A DNA stretch of 63,753 bases, the filler included, from Reclinomonas americana ATCC 50394 (lineage: Eukaryota): assembly GCA_048213135.1 (NCBI GenBank). It is 5 parts of one record of this genome, joined end to end, with 100 filler letters (N's around TTAATTAATTAA, not from the genome) between each part and the next. Parts side by side here need not be neighbours in the genome. Positions count along the whole stretch, not along the records: positions 10,498 to 24,409 come from PS015230.1; 4 more parts are not named here. One strand, given 5' to 3'. How positions within the stretch are numbered: position 1 is the stretch's first letter; the number at the start of each line of letters is the position of its first letter. The position numbers and the translations under genes are program-made. Positions 12,052 through 24,509 of the stretch are shown here, one piece after another. Under the pieces are notes generated by a model. The model searched no databases. It was not told where the DNA came from and worked only from the letters and a program-made list of their open reading frames with translations.

Positions 12052-12597
12052 TCACTCTCCCTCCTCGTAGTCGGCGTCGATGAGCGCGCTGAGCCAGCTC
12101 CGCAGCTCCTCACACGACTTGCCACGCACTCGCTCCGCCATTCCTGTCTCCTCCAGCTTTTGCGCAAAGTACCTCCGACGCTGCACCTCCGCGACCGCCT
12201 CCATCTCCAGCGCAAACTCCACCGCGAGACGCAGAGCGCGGCGCTCGTTGTACCCTCTCGGCACGTCGGCATCCACAGCCCCGTTCAGACGTCCCTCGTC
12301 GACGGCCTCCTGCTGTTGTCTCGCACGCTCATCGCGTCGCCTGGCCAGGGCTGCTCTGAGTCTCTCGCGAGCACTTTCAATATCACCGGTGCCGGTGGGC
12401 GCCTCCTGTCTCTCTGGTTCACCAAGCCGCCTGGCCGCAGCTGCTCTGAGTCTCTCGCGTAAGACCTCCCTCAGCTGGTCACCGTCGGCCGGTATGTCAC
12501 CACTCCCCACCTCCTCCAGAAGCTCCGGCTCCTGTCGCACATTGAACAAGTTCCCCTCCCTCTCTCCCACTCTCGGTCGCGGTGGTCCGTACGCCAT
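12052..12597 (-). CDS. Small single-exon protein, tandem family copy 3
   Basis: 181-aa ORF starting MAYGPP, with an internal RERLRAA duplication and the shared C-terminal RRALRLAVEFALEM...ETGMAERVRGKS domain. Confidence 0.8.
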   Translation of the reverse strand: MAYGPPRPRVGEREGNLFNVRQEPELLEEVGSGDIPADGDQLREVLRERLRAAAARRLGEPERQEAPTGTGDIESARERLRAALARRRDERARQQQEAVDEGRLNGAVDADVPRGYNERRALRLAVEFALEMEAVAEVQRRRYFAQKLEETGMAERVRGKSCEELRSWLSALIDADYEEGE

Positions 12598-12675
12598 AAA
12601 ATCGAGAATGGGGACAGAATGGGATCACTAGTTGTCCTGCGATCGTCCTCTCTGCCGGCCACTCTTCCGTCGTTC

Positions 12676-15600
12676 ATGGCAGCGCCGTCGGTGTCTGAGC
12701 TCACTCAAGATGAGCTGATGGTGCTGGCTGCGACGCACTGGGGCGATGAGCGCAAGGCACTGGCGACGTCGTATGCCGATGCAGTGCAAGTCATTCACGC
12801 TGTGTATCGTGAGCACCTCGCACCGCGCTTTGCGCCCAGTCGCCTCGTGGTGCTGGAAGTCAGTCAGTACTTGGAGAGGTGGGTGTAAGAGAGAAGGAAG
12901 AGAAAGGAGAGAGAGAGAAGAACAGGGTTAGGCACTTTGGTGTTGATTGTGTTGTCTCTCTCTCTCGCTCTCTCGTCTTTTCTTCTTGTGTGTGCATTCA
13001 TGTCTGTGCATGTGTGGGTCGTTGCATCTGTAGCGGGCAAGCAAGCGACTGTGCAGTGTGCTTTGTGTGTGATTTGTTGTTATCTCTCAGCATGCACTGA
13101 ATGGTCGACCGTTTCCTCATGCTTCACCCCCTGTGTCTCTCCGCCCCTTTCACTCTCACTCGCCCTCTCCACCTCCTCTCACCCGTTGCATGCTCTTTCA
13201 CGCGTGCTTTCTTGCAAGTCGACGACATTTCCGCGCCATGTCGCACTTGTCTTTGACTCTCACTCTCTCTCTTACACACACAGGTTCCTCTGGCCGCACT
13301 ACCCGACCGACGGCTCCGCCTCTCTGGAACACATCATGTCGATCGCACTCATGATCAACGAAAAATATCGCGAGGGCGTGTCGCCCTGGTCGTGTGTCAC
13401 TGCCGATGCGCACAAGTTTGCGGCGTTTGTCGCTCAGTTCCTGCGCTTGCCGTCCCTGTCGTCCACGGAGGGAGAGGGAGCGATTGCGGTGTCGATCAAG
13501 GAGCGCACGTTTATGACGGTGTTTTTGATTCGCGCCTTTGCGTCGCTGGAGAACGAGGTCATCCGCAAGAACTTTTTGCCGCTCGTCACGCTGGCGGTGT
13601 GGAAGTCGTTGCATGCGGGGCGGCTGGAGTTGGAGTTGCAGCGCACACCCGATCTGCAGAGGCCGTGGCGCATTCTCAACAAGCAGCTGGCGCAAAAGGG
13701 TGTGTGTCTTTTTTGACTGGAGGGCGACGCATTCGCTTGACTGACGATCGTGTTGGGCAGGTGGTCCCGACGCCAACGACGTGCTGCACCAGACGTACCT
13801 GCGCAGCCGCATCGAGGAGTTCGTCTCCATCCTCTACAGCATGGACGCCAATCGTCCGGATCCGCAGATGGTGGTTTTTGCCGAGCGCTTCTTGGAGCTG
13901 CTGATCGATCTGCTGTCGCAGCTGCCGACCCGCCGCTTCTTGCTGGCCGTCGTGCAGGACACACACGTGTATGAGCGANNNNNNNNNNNNNNNNNNNNNN
14001 NNNNNNNNNNNNNNNNNNNNNNNNNNNNNNNNNNNNNNNNNNNNNNNNNNNNNNNNNNNNNNNNNNNNNNNNNNNNNNNNNNNNNNNNNNNNNNNNNNNN
14101 NNNNNNNNNNNNNNNNNNNNNNNNNNNNNNNNNNNNNNNNNNNNNNNNNNNNNNNNNNNNNNNNNNNNNNNNNNNNNNNNNNNNNNNNNNNNNNNNNNNN
14201 NNNNNNNNNNNNNNNNNNNNNNNNNNNNNNNNNNNNNNNNNNNNNNNNNNNNNNNNNNNNNNNNNNNNNNNNNNNNNNNNNNNNNNNNNNNNNNNNNNNN
14301 NNNNNNNNNNNNNNNNNNNNNNNNNNNNNNNNNNNNNNNNNNNNNNNNNNNNNNNNNNNNNNNNNNNNNNNNNNNNNNNNNNNNNNNNNNNNNNNNNNNN
14401 NNNNNNNNNNNNNNNNNNNNNNNNNNNNNNNNNNNNNNNNNNNNNNNNNNNNNNNNNNNNNNNNNNNNNNNNNNNNNNNNNNNNNNNNNNNNNNNNNNNN
14501 NNNNNNNNNNNNNNNNNNNNNNNNNNNNNNNNNNNNNNNNNNNNNNNNNNNNNNNNNNNNNNNNNNNNNNNNNNNNNNNNNNNNNNNNNNNNNNNNNNNN
14601 NNNNNNNNNNNNNNNNNNNNNTGAGCTGCGCTTGTTGGCGCTCGCCAATCTGTCGTCGGTGCAGGTGCGCGACGGCCTCACCAAGCACCTGCAAGTGCTC
14701 TCGGATGAGCGTCTGCGCCAATTGTGCGTGCAATTGCGCTTGCTGCCGGCGGCGGGTGACAGCGAAGACATGGTGAGTGGTGGAAGACGAGGGGGGGGGG
14801 AGAACTTGCAATGGTTGGCTGAAAGGTTTGTCTATTCTCAGGACGACGGCGGTGACGACGCGGCCATGTCGGGTGGCAGCGAACCGCGCGAGTTGCTCCT
14901 GGAGATCTTGGTGACGGCGCACGAACGGAGACGGTCGCAAGTGGAGACTGTCGGCACAATGCCGCTGTACCCCGATGAGGTGCGTGAGGGATCATGCGTC
15001 TTTTGTCTCTCCGGGCCTGACACAAAACCTTCTTCTCTGCACTCGCGCACAGGAGGTGCTGTGGGACGAGAATCTGGTGCCGACGCAGCGATACTATGGC
15101 GAGACATGCCTGGCTCTCCCGAAGCTCAATCTGCAATTCCTCACTGTGCACGACTATCTGCTGCGCAACTTTGATCTGTTCCGTCTCGAGTCCACGTACG
15201 AGATTCGGGAGGATTTGGAGGATGCGCTGCGTCGGGTGATGCCGCGTCTGGCCGACGACGGTTCGCAGGTGATGAAGGGCTGGTCGAGAATGGCGCTGCC
15301 GGTGAATGGTTTCCGGTGAGTCACTGGATGATGATGAAGGGCATGGGTTAACGGGAGAGAGTGGGAGGGAGAACAGAAAGAGAGAGAGAGAGTATTATGC
15401 TGAAGTACGGTTGCCGCTCGTCTCTGTTGGTCTCCCCCCCCCTCCTCTCTCTCTGTGGATGTTGTGTGTTCGTATGCGATGCTGCAGGGCGGTTGCAGCG
15501 CTGGTCCTTGTTTGCATGTCTATTTGTTGTGTCTGCCGTTTAATGTATGTGTTTGACAGTCGTAATCTCATCTTCTTTTTTGTGCTTCGCCCTCTGTGTG

Positions 15601-18600
15601 TTTCTTCTCCTTCGCTCTTCCCTCTCTCTCTCTTCCCTCTCTCTCTCTCCCCTTTCACACTTCCTCCCTGCCTCCCACCCTCTCCCCGCTCCCTCTCTGT
15701 GCGCACGTGCGAAGTGGTTGTTGCATCGTTCCACTCGCGCATTGCCACACTTTTCTGTTTCGTTTGTGTGTACGTGTGTAATGCTGAGCTGCAGCGTTAT
15801 TCCTTGCCTGCATTTTATCTGTTGTTATGTCTGCCGTCCGACAGTCGTAATCTCCTCTTCCTCGCCCTGCTTCGCCCTTTGTTTTTTCTCCCTCCTGTTT
15901 CCCTCCCATTCCCCTTTCCCCTTTCCCCTTTCCCCTTTCCCCTCTCCCCTCTCCCGCTCACCCCCCTTCCCCTCACAGCATCACGCACGTCGGCAAGCCA
16001 AAAGTCGGCGAGGAGGTACCGGCACACGTGTACGGTCAGCTGGCCTACGATCTCACCTCGTTGCGACCGGACATTCGACGCGAGTGGGAGGATCTCAAGC
16101 AGCACGATGTGGTGTTCCTGTTGCACATCAATTCGTCGCAGCCAGTGGACCAGCCGGTCGATCCGGAGCTGCCGTTCCGCGAGCAGTCGGGTCTGCAGTT
16201 TGTGCGTGGTGCCGAGGTGATTGAGATTCGCGACGGCGCCGGCAACGCCTTCACGGGCCGTGGCGAGACACAAGTGGCCGAGCTGGAGGGCCACCGCCGT
16301 GTGCTGCGCCTGCAAATGGATGCCGCGCAGTATCACTTGGATAATGAGGCCGACATGGCCGATCATATCTACGGTGGCATGTCGCTGGTGCTCCGACGCA
16401 AACCCAAGGTGTGTGTATGTGTGATGTGCGATGTGCCAAAGGCATGGAGCTCAAATTGAGAGTGGGGCAACAGGAAAACAACTTCAAGGCCGTGCTGGAG
16501 ACGATCAAGGACCTCATGACCACACACACTGTGGTCCCCGAGTGGCTGCAGGACACGTTCCTCGGCTACGGTGATGCGGCGGCGGCCTCGTACTACAACA
16601 TGCCAGACCGCGTGATTCGCACGCTGGACTTCAAGGACACCTTTGTAGATGCGGCGCATGTGCGCGAGGCATTCGCCGGACGTGCCGTGTCGTTCACCAC
16701 CGAAGACCCTGCGCTGCTCAGGCCGCCATTCCGCGTCACATTCCCTCGCGTGTCTGCCGAGGCCGAGGCCGGTCGTGAGGTCAGTTTTTACTGCACCCCG
16801 CACACACAGGGGGGAAGTGCTGCAACTAAATCGTGTTCGTCAATCAGCTCATGGACGAAGTCGTGGTGGAGCCGTACGATCCGCGCAATCCCGGACCGTA
16901 CCCGGAAGACGTACCACGACAGAACACTGTGCGCTTCACTGAGACGCAAGGTATGGGAGGCGCGTGTGCGTTTGTCAAGTGTGTGTGCGTGTGTCTCTGA
17001 CACACGTGTGTGCAGTGGAGGCTATTCTGTCGGGCATGCAGCCGGGCTTGACCATGGTGGTTGGACCGCCGGGTACAGGCAAGACGGATGTGGCGGTGCA
17101 GATTGTGTCAAACATTTATCACAATTTCCCTGGACAACGCACTCTGCTGGTCACGCACTCGAATCACGCACTGAACGACCTGTTTGCCAAGATTGCTCTG
17201 CGAGGTGAGTATGAATGCTGCATGCATGCGTGCCGACATCTCCTCCCCTCACACGCCGTCGTAGATGTGAACGAGAGGCATCTGTTGCGTCTCGGTCACG
17301 GCGAGGGCGAGCTGGAGTTGGATCAGGACTTTAGCAAGTGGGGTCGTGTCAACTTTATGCTGGTGAGCACCTCTCGTCACGGTGGTGGAGTGCGCGAAAT
17401 AATGGCGACTGACGCATTCGAAATTACAGGCAAGGCGTCTTGCGCTGCTGGATGAGGTGAAGCGACTGGCGCGCTCCGTCAACGACTCGGATTCGTATGG
17501 CGAGACGTGCGAGTCGTCGGCCTTGTACAATCGACAGAATGTGACTGAGCGCAAGGAGCGCTTCTACGCCAAATTGTTGCGTCTCTTCCTCCCTTCCCAA
17601 GTCGTGCTGCAATGCCATTGACTCACCTCACTGTGCAGGATGCAAGTCAAGGACGACGCAGCCGTGGCGCAACACTTCCCGTTCAGTTGCGTACAGCTGT
17701 GGGTGGCGTGTTCCACATTCGTTCTTCCAGCTCATTCTGCATTGCAGCCGCGTTCTTCTCCAACGCCCCCAATCTGTTTGTCGGCAACTACGCCAAGGAC
17801 ATGGAGGCCGCCGGCGGCTGCTTCCGGCATCTGGACCGCATGTTGCGTTGTCTTGTGTGCTGGCAAGAAGCCGGACTGTAATCCCAAGATTCTCACTGTA
17901 CTGATTGGACAGGTTTGCCGAGTTGGAGGACTGCCGTGCCTTTGAGATTCTGCGTAGCTTCCAGGACCGCGGCAACTACCTGCAGACCAAGCAAGCACGC
18001 ATCATTGCCATGACGTGCACGCATGCGGCACTGAAGCGGCACGATCTGGTGGAGCTGGGCTTCCAGTTCGACAACATTGTCATGGAGGAGAGCGCACAGA
18101 TTTTGGAGATTGAGACGTTTATCCCCATGCTGCTGCAGAACCCAGTTGCGTGTGATCCTCCCCGCTCTCCAGTATTTTTCACGTGTGTTGACTCTTTTCG
18201 CAAATGCGCAGGATCTGGGCAAGAATCGCCTGAAGCGAGTGGTGCTAATTGGCGATCACAACCAGCTGCCGCCCATTATCCAGAACATGTCGATTCAAAA
18301 GTACAGCCACTTTGACCAGAGCCTGTTCACGCGCTTCATCCGCCTCGGCGTGCCGCACATTCAGCTCAACAGCCAGGGTCGTATGCGCTCCTCGCTGGCC
18401 GAGTTGTACCGCTGGAAGTATCACCAGCTCACCGACTTGGCGCATGTCAATCGCTTGCCGGCGTTCACGGCGGCCAATGCGGGGTGAGTCGGAGAGAGGG
18501 GGGAAGGGGCGAAGGGGGAAGGGGAAGGGGAAGGGTAGAAGTGAGAGAATCTGTGCAGAGCAAGGAGCGAGTTGGGGGAGAGAAGGAAGGAGAGACAAGA

Positions 18601-18663
18601 GTGCTTCTCGTGAATATGCGTGTCTGTATTGGAGAGCGAAGGTGAGTGAAGGTGCGGTGCAGA

Positions 18664-18705
<42 letters not shown>

Positions 18706-20460
18706 ACACACACACACACGAGGGAGGAGACGAGACGACGAAGTAGAAGAAGAAGTAGAAACGTAGGAAGTAACGAAGAAGGAACGGACGGAACGAAGGA
18801 AGTAAGGAAGTAGGGAGGCGTAGAGAGAGACNNNNNNNNNNNNNNNNNNNNNNNNNNNNNNNNNNNNNNNNNNNNNNNNNNNNNNNNNNNNNNNNNNNNN
18901 NNNNNNNNNNNNNNNNNNNNNNNNNNNNNNNNNNNNNNNNNNNNNNNNNNNNNNNNNNNNNNNNNNNNNNNNNNNNNNNNNNNNNNNNNNNNNNNNNNNN
19001 NNNNNNNNNNNNNNNNNNNNNNNNNNNNNNNNNNNNNNNNNNNNNNNNNNNNNNNNNNNNNNNNNNNNNNNNNNNNNNNNNNNNNNNNNNNNNNNNNNNN
19101 NNNNNNNNNNNNNNNNNNNNNNNNNNNNNNNNNNNNNNNNNNNNNNNNNNNNNNNNNNNNNNNNNNNNNNNNNNNNNNNNNNNNNNNNNNNNNNNNNNNN
19201 NNNNNNNNNNNNNNNNNNNNNNNNNNNNNNNNNNNNNNNNNNNNNNNNNNNNNNGAGAGAGAGAGAGAGAGAGAAGCTGGCGTAGTTCTGCAGTCTTTGC
19301 GAGTGAAGAGTGAGTGGAGCGGTCGAGAAAGGCAAAAGAGCGAGCGAACCTGCATTTCATTCATCGTGGCATTACGAATGTGCGTTCTTAAGTGACCGAA
19401 TCATTCTAGTGCTTCTGCACTCGTGTGTGGCGTACCTTCTCTTCAATCACTCATCGTCATCTGGTGCACAGCTTCGCCTACGAATACCAGTTCATCGACG
19501 TGCAAGACTACCAGGGTCGCGGCGAGAGCGAGGCGCACGCCTTTTTCTACCAGAACCTGGGCGAGGCGGAGTATGTGGTGGCCGTGTTCATGTACATGCG
19601 ACTGCTTGGGTGAGTGCACTTCCGCACACGCGCACGCACTGCGGTCTTCTTCCCATTCGCTCACTGTTCTCCTTGCGGCAGCTACCCGGCCTCCTCGATC
19701 GCCATCCTCACCTCGTACAATGGCCAAAAGCAGCTCATTCGCGACGTCATTAGCCGACGGTGCGCGTGGAATCCGTTGTTCGGCTCCCCAGCCAAGATCA
19801 CCACCGTGGACAAGTACCAAGGACAGCAGAGTGACTGTTGCGTCTCGTGCGCAGGTGATTTTTGTCGTTGCCGGAGTGTGACTGATCGTGTATTGCAGAC
19901 ATTCTCTTGTCGCTGGTGCGCACCAAGGCGTTCGGTCACATTCGTGATGTGCGCCGCCTGGTGGTGGCACTGTCGCGCGCTCGACTCGGCCTGTTGCGTG
20001 ACCCTTCTTGCCAGTTTTGTGTGTGATCCCAATCCTCACTCACTCCCCTCCCCCTGTGCTTTGTGTCTATAGGTATGTGTTTGGACGTCATTCACTGTTC
20101 GCCAACTGCTTTGAGATGCAACCGGCCCTGCGACACTTTGAGGGGCGGCCAAAGACGCTCCAGTTGCTTCCGCACGAGAGATCCCCGGTGTCACGCCAAG
20201 TTGTGATTCAAGTGTGATAATTGAGCCTCTCTTGCGTCGTACTCACTTGTTGCTCTTCCAAATCAAAACAGTGCGGTGATCGCGCTCAGGGCGCGTCGGT
20301 CACAGTGCGTGACGTGACGCACATGGGCCAGCTGGTGCAGGCGGCCATTGGCGACGCTGCGCGCCAGTATCAAGAGTCGCAATCGAAGTTTGCCGCCGGA
20401 GCGGCGCCAGGACTGGACGGCGGCAGCGGCAGCGGCAGTGGTATGGATGTCGACAAGTGA
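12676..20460 (+). CDS. AQR: Spliceosomal SF1 RNA helicase Aquarius / intron-binding protein (about 20 exons)
   Basis: [83 protein letters not shown] and [13 protein letters not shown], joined in frame by GT-AG introns. Confidence 0.97.
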
Positions 20461-20562
20461 TGCGAGCAACAAAGAATGGATCACGCGTCACACTAAATGA
20501 AAACTAGTTTGTGCTGCTCCTTATTTTTGTGTTAGTGTTTTCGAGTACATTAACAAGAACGC

Positions 20563-23500
20563 CTATGGTACAGCAGCTGCTGCTGTTGCCGAGTCAATAT
20601 CGCCGAGGAGCTCTTCCGTCGCCGCATTCAAATTCTGCTGGCGGGCAGCGGCGGTGATTATGCTCGTTAGTCTGTTGATCACATCGACGCAGTCCTTCAG
20701 CGCGAACAGCGTCTGCACGCGTGGTCGCGTGAGAGCGGCCGAGATGCTGAAACTCAGTGCGGCCTTGAGCGTGGCCGCCTCCCGGTCACGCTCTCCCAGC
20801 GATACGGTGGACGAAGATTTGTCGTCGCCCGACAGCATATGCTTGGCCTCCGAGCGCCGCCGTTCCGCCAAAATTCGACTCTGCGACACAGCTCGTGAGT
20901 GGGATGGAAGGTGGAAGAACAACGACGGTGGAAGAGGAAGAAACAGAGAACATCTCTGCAAGATACGTGATGCAACTTCAAGGAGAGCAGAGAGGCAGGA
21001 AGGGAAAAGGGAGTAACAGAGAACATCTGCAATGGCGTTGCGTTGACAAAACAGCTTCAGAGTGCAACGAAGACAGCAGAAAAGTGTGACACCTCAATTG
21101 GAAAGGGAGAGAAAAACAAGGCGCTAAATGATACGACACGCACCAGTTCGTTGCTGACCAACAAGTCGCGCCGCCGATCGTATTCCACCAACACACGGGC
21201 GTGCGTCCACCGCTTGGCGGACACGAGTCGCGACACCACGTCGTTGATGAGAGCGTTGGTGAAGCGGTGCGTTGGCGGCTGCGGTTCGTCGAGCTGCGCA
21301 CGGAATTGTTGCAGCGACTCTTCGGTCCACAGCATGCGGCCGAGCAGATGTGGGAATGGAGTCTGTGTCACGAGTGAGTCCTCGTGGTCGACAGCACGTA
21401 CACGGGGTGGATGACGGAACCTGCAGATCGGACCACTCGGTCTCCGTCTTGCCGTGCTTGGCGGTGCGGTGGAGAATGTTGAGAATGCGAACCACCTTGA
21501 TGACGTTGGCTTGCACTTGCGCGCGTCGTGCCCGCATGAAGCGCCGTATCATGGTCTGCACGCGTTTTGCCGCCGCCCGGTACGTGCGTACCGCACTGCG
21601 CAGCGAGAGAGAGAGAGAGCCATCGAAAAATGAGTGCGCGGCACAACGACACAAGAGAGCGAGAGAGCAAGAGCGAGACGCAACGAAGTGAACTTGCGAA
21701 TGTGTGACACGTTGAGAAGGAATGCCCGCACACACTGAATGGCGAGTTGCTTCCGCTTGATGCGAGCTCCCATGCGCACAATCCAGGCGTTGCGACGAAT
21801 GGTGTTGATTGCGCGACGCCAGCGCACCCGCCGTCGCAAGCGGATCATGGGCCAGAAGCGCAACTGCAGAGTGAGGCATGCAAGCAGGCGCTCTCCGGTA
21901 ACTTTGCGAATGACACGGAGACGCTGTGGCACAAGAAGCAAGGAAGAAGAAACTGGTAAGCACAGAAGCAAAGAAAGCTGTCTCGAGACCCCAGGCACAC
22001 GCACCTGCAACGTCAGTCTCAGATAGCGGATGCGTATCGCGGCTTGCACCATGGTACTCCACTGGCGCATGCACGGACGCAGCTCCCGCAGTCGCTGTGT
22101 GGCCATCGCCGCCTCGTGCGCTTTCTCGTGCCGCCGTCGTGATGCACTGAGCTGACGACGCAGTCGCTCCTGCTCCTGCGCTTCAGCGTGTGCGCGCACC
22201 TCGTCCACCTCCAGCAACTTGCGACGCTGCATTTCTGCGCGCTCCTCCAGTGTGTACCGCCGTTTCTCGGGGCTAATGGAGGCCTCGTGTCGATTGCGCG
22301 TCACAAAGTCCTCGGTTTGTGCAATGGCTTGCTTGCGTGCTTGTCGTCGTTCGTCCTCGATCGCCGCTGTAAGTGAGGGGAGTGAGAAGGAGAGGGAGGG
22401 GAGGAGTGAAAAGGAGAAGGAGGGGAGGGGAGTGGGAGAGGGAGAAGGAGGGCGAGGGGGGGAAGGCGAGGGGGGAGGCGGAGGGGGGAGGCGGAGGGGG
22501 GGAGAAGGAGTAAGGATCGAAGGGNNNNNNNNNNNNNNNNNNNNNNNNNNNNNNNNNNNNNNNNNNNNNNNNNNNNNNNNNNNNNNNNNNNNNNNNNNNN
22601 NNNNNNNNNNNNNNNNNNNNNNNNNNNNNNNNNNNNNNNNNNNNNNNNNNNNNNNNNNNNNNNNNNNNNNNNNNNNNNNNNNNNNNNNNNNNNNNNNNNN
22701 NNNNNNNNNNNNNNNNNNNNNNNNNNNNNNNNNNNNNNNNNNNNNNNNNNNNNNNNNNNNNNNNNNNNNNNNNNNNNNNNNNNNNNNNNNNNNNNNNNNN
22801 NNNNNNNNNNNNNNNNNNNNNNNNNNNNNNNNNNNNNNNNNNNNNNNNNNNNNNNNNNNNNNNNNNGTGAGGGGAGTGAGAAGGAGAGGGAGGGGAGGAG
22901 TGAAAAGGAGAAGGAGGGGAGGGGAGTGGGAGAGGGAGAAGGAGGGCGAGGGGGGGAAGGCGAGGGGGGAGGCGAGGGGGGAGGCGAGGGGGGAGAAGAT
23001 AAGATCAAGGGAAGGAGGAGGGATGCAAGATAAGTGAATGGAAGGAGAGAGGGGAGAAAAGACAAAGCACAAGACCAAGAAAATGGTGGCGATGATGGGC
23101 AAGAAAAATTCGAAGGAAGCGGGAGGAATGTAAATGGCGGATGATATGATAAAGTGGTAGAAGAGTAGAAGAAGGGAAGGAATAGTAAAAAGAATTAGCG
23201 CCAGGCCAAGGAGAATGTAGCGACGATGACGATGATGGGCAAGAAGAAAGAGAAGGATGGATGAAAGCGGGTGACATGATGAACGAGGTAGAGCAATACA
23301 AGACAAGGAAACGGAAGGAGAAGAGAGAGCAAGGAAAACATCTAACAAGAAGGCAAAAAGACATCAACAACAGAGTGCAACAGAAAGCAAGGAAGAAAAA
23401 ACTATCGCCACACTCACCAACATGCTCGATAAAGCGCTGCTTGATCTCTGGGTTCTTCTGAATCTCCGCAATGCGACGCGCCAGCCGTGCCTCCACATTA

Positions 23501-23747
23501 TCGGCTGCCGACACCGACGACGGCGACGAAAAGTAGCACTCATCGGCATCGTCGGCAGTGGCGGCGGCGGCTGGCGCTGCTGCTGCAGCAGAATCGCCCA
23601 CCTGAATGCTGCCGCGCGGTCGTCGCCCTTTTCCGCCACCATCGCTCTCCGGCGAGCGATGACCCGCCGCTCGCTGCTCCAGCACCTGGTTGTATCTCCG
23701 ATCGGTGCTCCACACGGCGCCAGTCAGCGTGCTCTCCGCCGTCTCTG
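20563..23747 (-). CDS. Multi-exon IQ-like coiled-coil protein, paralog of 1196-4132 (5' end uncertain)
   Basis: Exons encode LRPCMRQW, RFWPMI, VQTMIRRFMRARRAQV and RPRVQTLFALKDCVDVINRL, matching the plus-strand gene in the same order. Confidence 0.7.
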
Positions 23748-23827
23748 CACACAGGGGGTGAGAAGGGTGAAGGAAAAAGGAGAAGGGTGAAGGGAGAAGG
23801 GTGAAGGGTGAAGGGAGAAGGGTGAAG

Positions 23828-24235
23828 GGGGAGGGGAGACGAAGTGGGGGAGGGGGAGACGAGTGGGGAGACGCAAGTGGAGGAAAGGAGTGGGGGAGAC
23901 GAAGTGGGGGGACGAGTGGGGGAGACGAAGTGGAGTGGAGACGAGGTGGGGGAGACGAAGTGGGAGGAGAGCGAGCGGGGCGGAGGGCGAAATGGAGAAG
24001 GGAGCGGGGAGACGCAAGTGGGGGGAGACGAAGTGGAGGGAGACGAAGTGGAGGGAGACGAAGTGGGGGGAGACGAGGTGAGGTGAGACGAATGGGGAAG
24101 ACGAGTGGGGAGACGAGTGGGAGAGACGGGAGTGGGAGGAGACGCAAGTGGGGGGAGAGCGAGCGGGGCGGAGGGCGAAATGGAGAAGGGAGCGGGGAGA
24201 CGCAAGTGGGGGGAGACGAAGTGAGAGACGAAGTG
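23828..24235. repeat. Degenerate intronic minisatellite (GGGGAGACGAAGT-like unit)
   Basis: Many imperfect copies of GGGGAGACG(C/A)AGTG. Related TCGTCTCCCC units occur at about 58485-58650. Confidence 0.85.
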
Positions 24236-24355
24236 CATGGAGATGGATGCAGTGGAGAGAGACGCAGTTGGGGGAGAAGACAGAAGGCAAGACGAGAGGA
24301 CTGGCAACAGGATGGGGTGCCTGGGAAAGAAGGGCATGGCAGAGCACGAAAGCAG

Positions 24356-24396
<41 letters not shown>

Positions 24397-24509
24397 GACA
24401 ACAAGAGAGNNNNNNNNNNNNNNNNNNNNNNNNNNNNNNNNNNNNNNNNNNNNTTAATTAATTAANNNNNNNNNNNNNNNNNNNNNNNNNNNNNNNNNNN
24501 NNNNNNNNN

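Noticed and set aside
17576-17638. Reading the shifted donors as non-canonical TT...(AG)N introns
   Set aside because: Where the downstream exon does not start with G, conserved residues (e.g. AQR Tyr from t|ac) and the invariant AG end support GT-AG boundaries.
22372-22995. Near-identical purine-rich block of about 100 nt on both sides of an N-gap
   Set aside because: Cannot distinguish a tandem repeat from overlapping contig ends; low complexity.
23828-24235. Repeat array as CRISPR-like or telomeric
   Set aside because: No unique spacers, irregular unit, intronic eukaryotic context.
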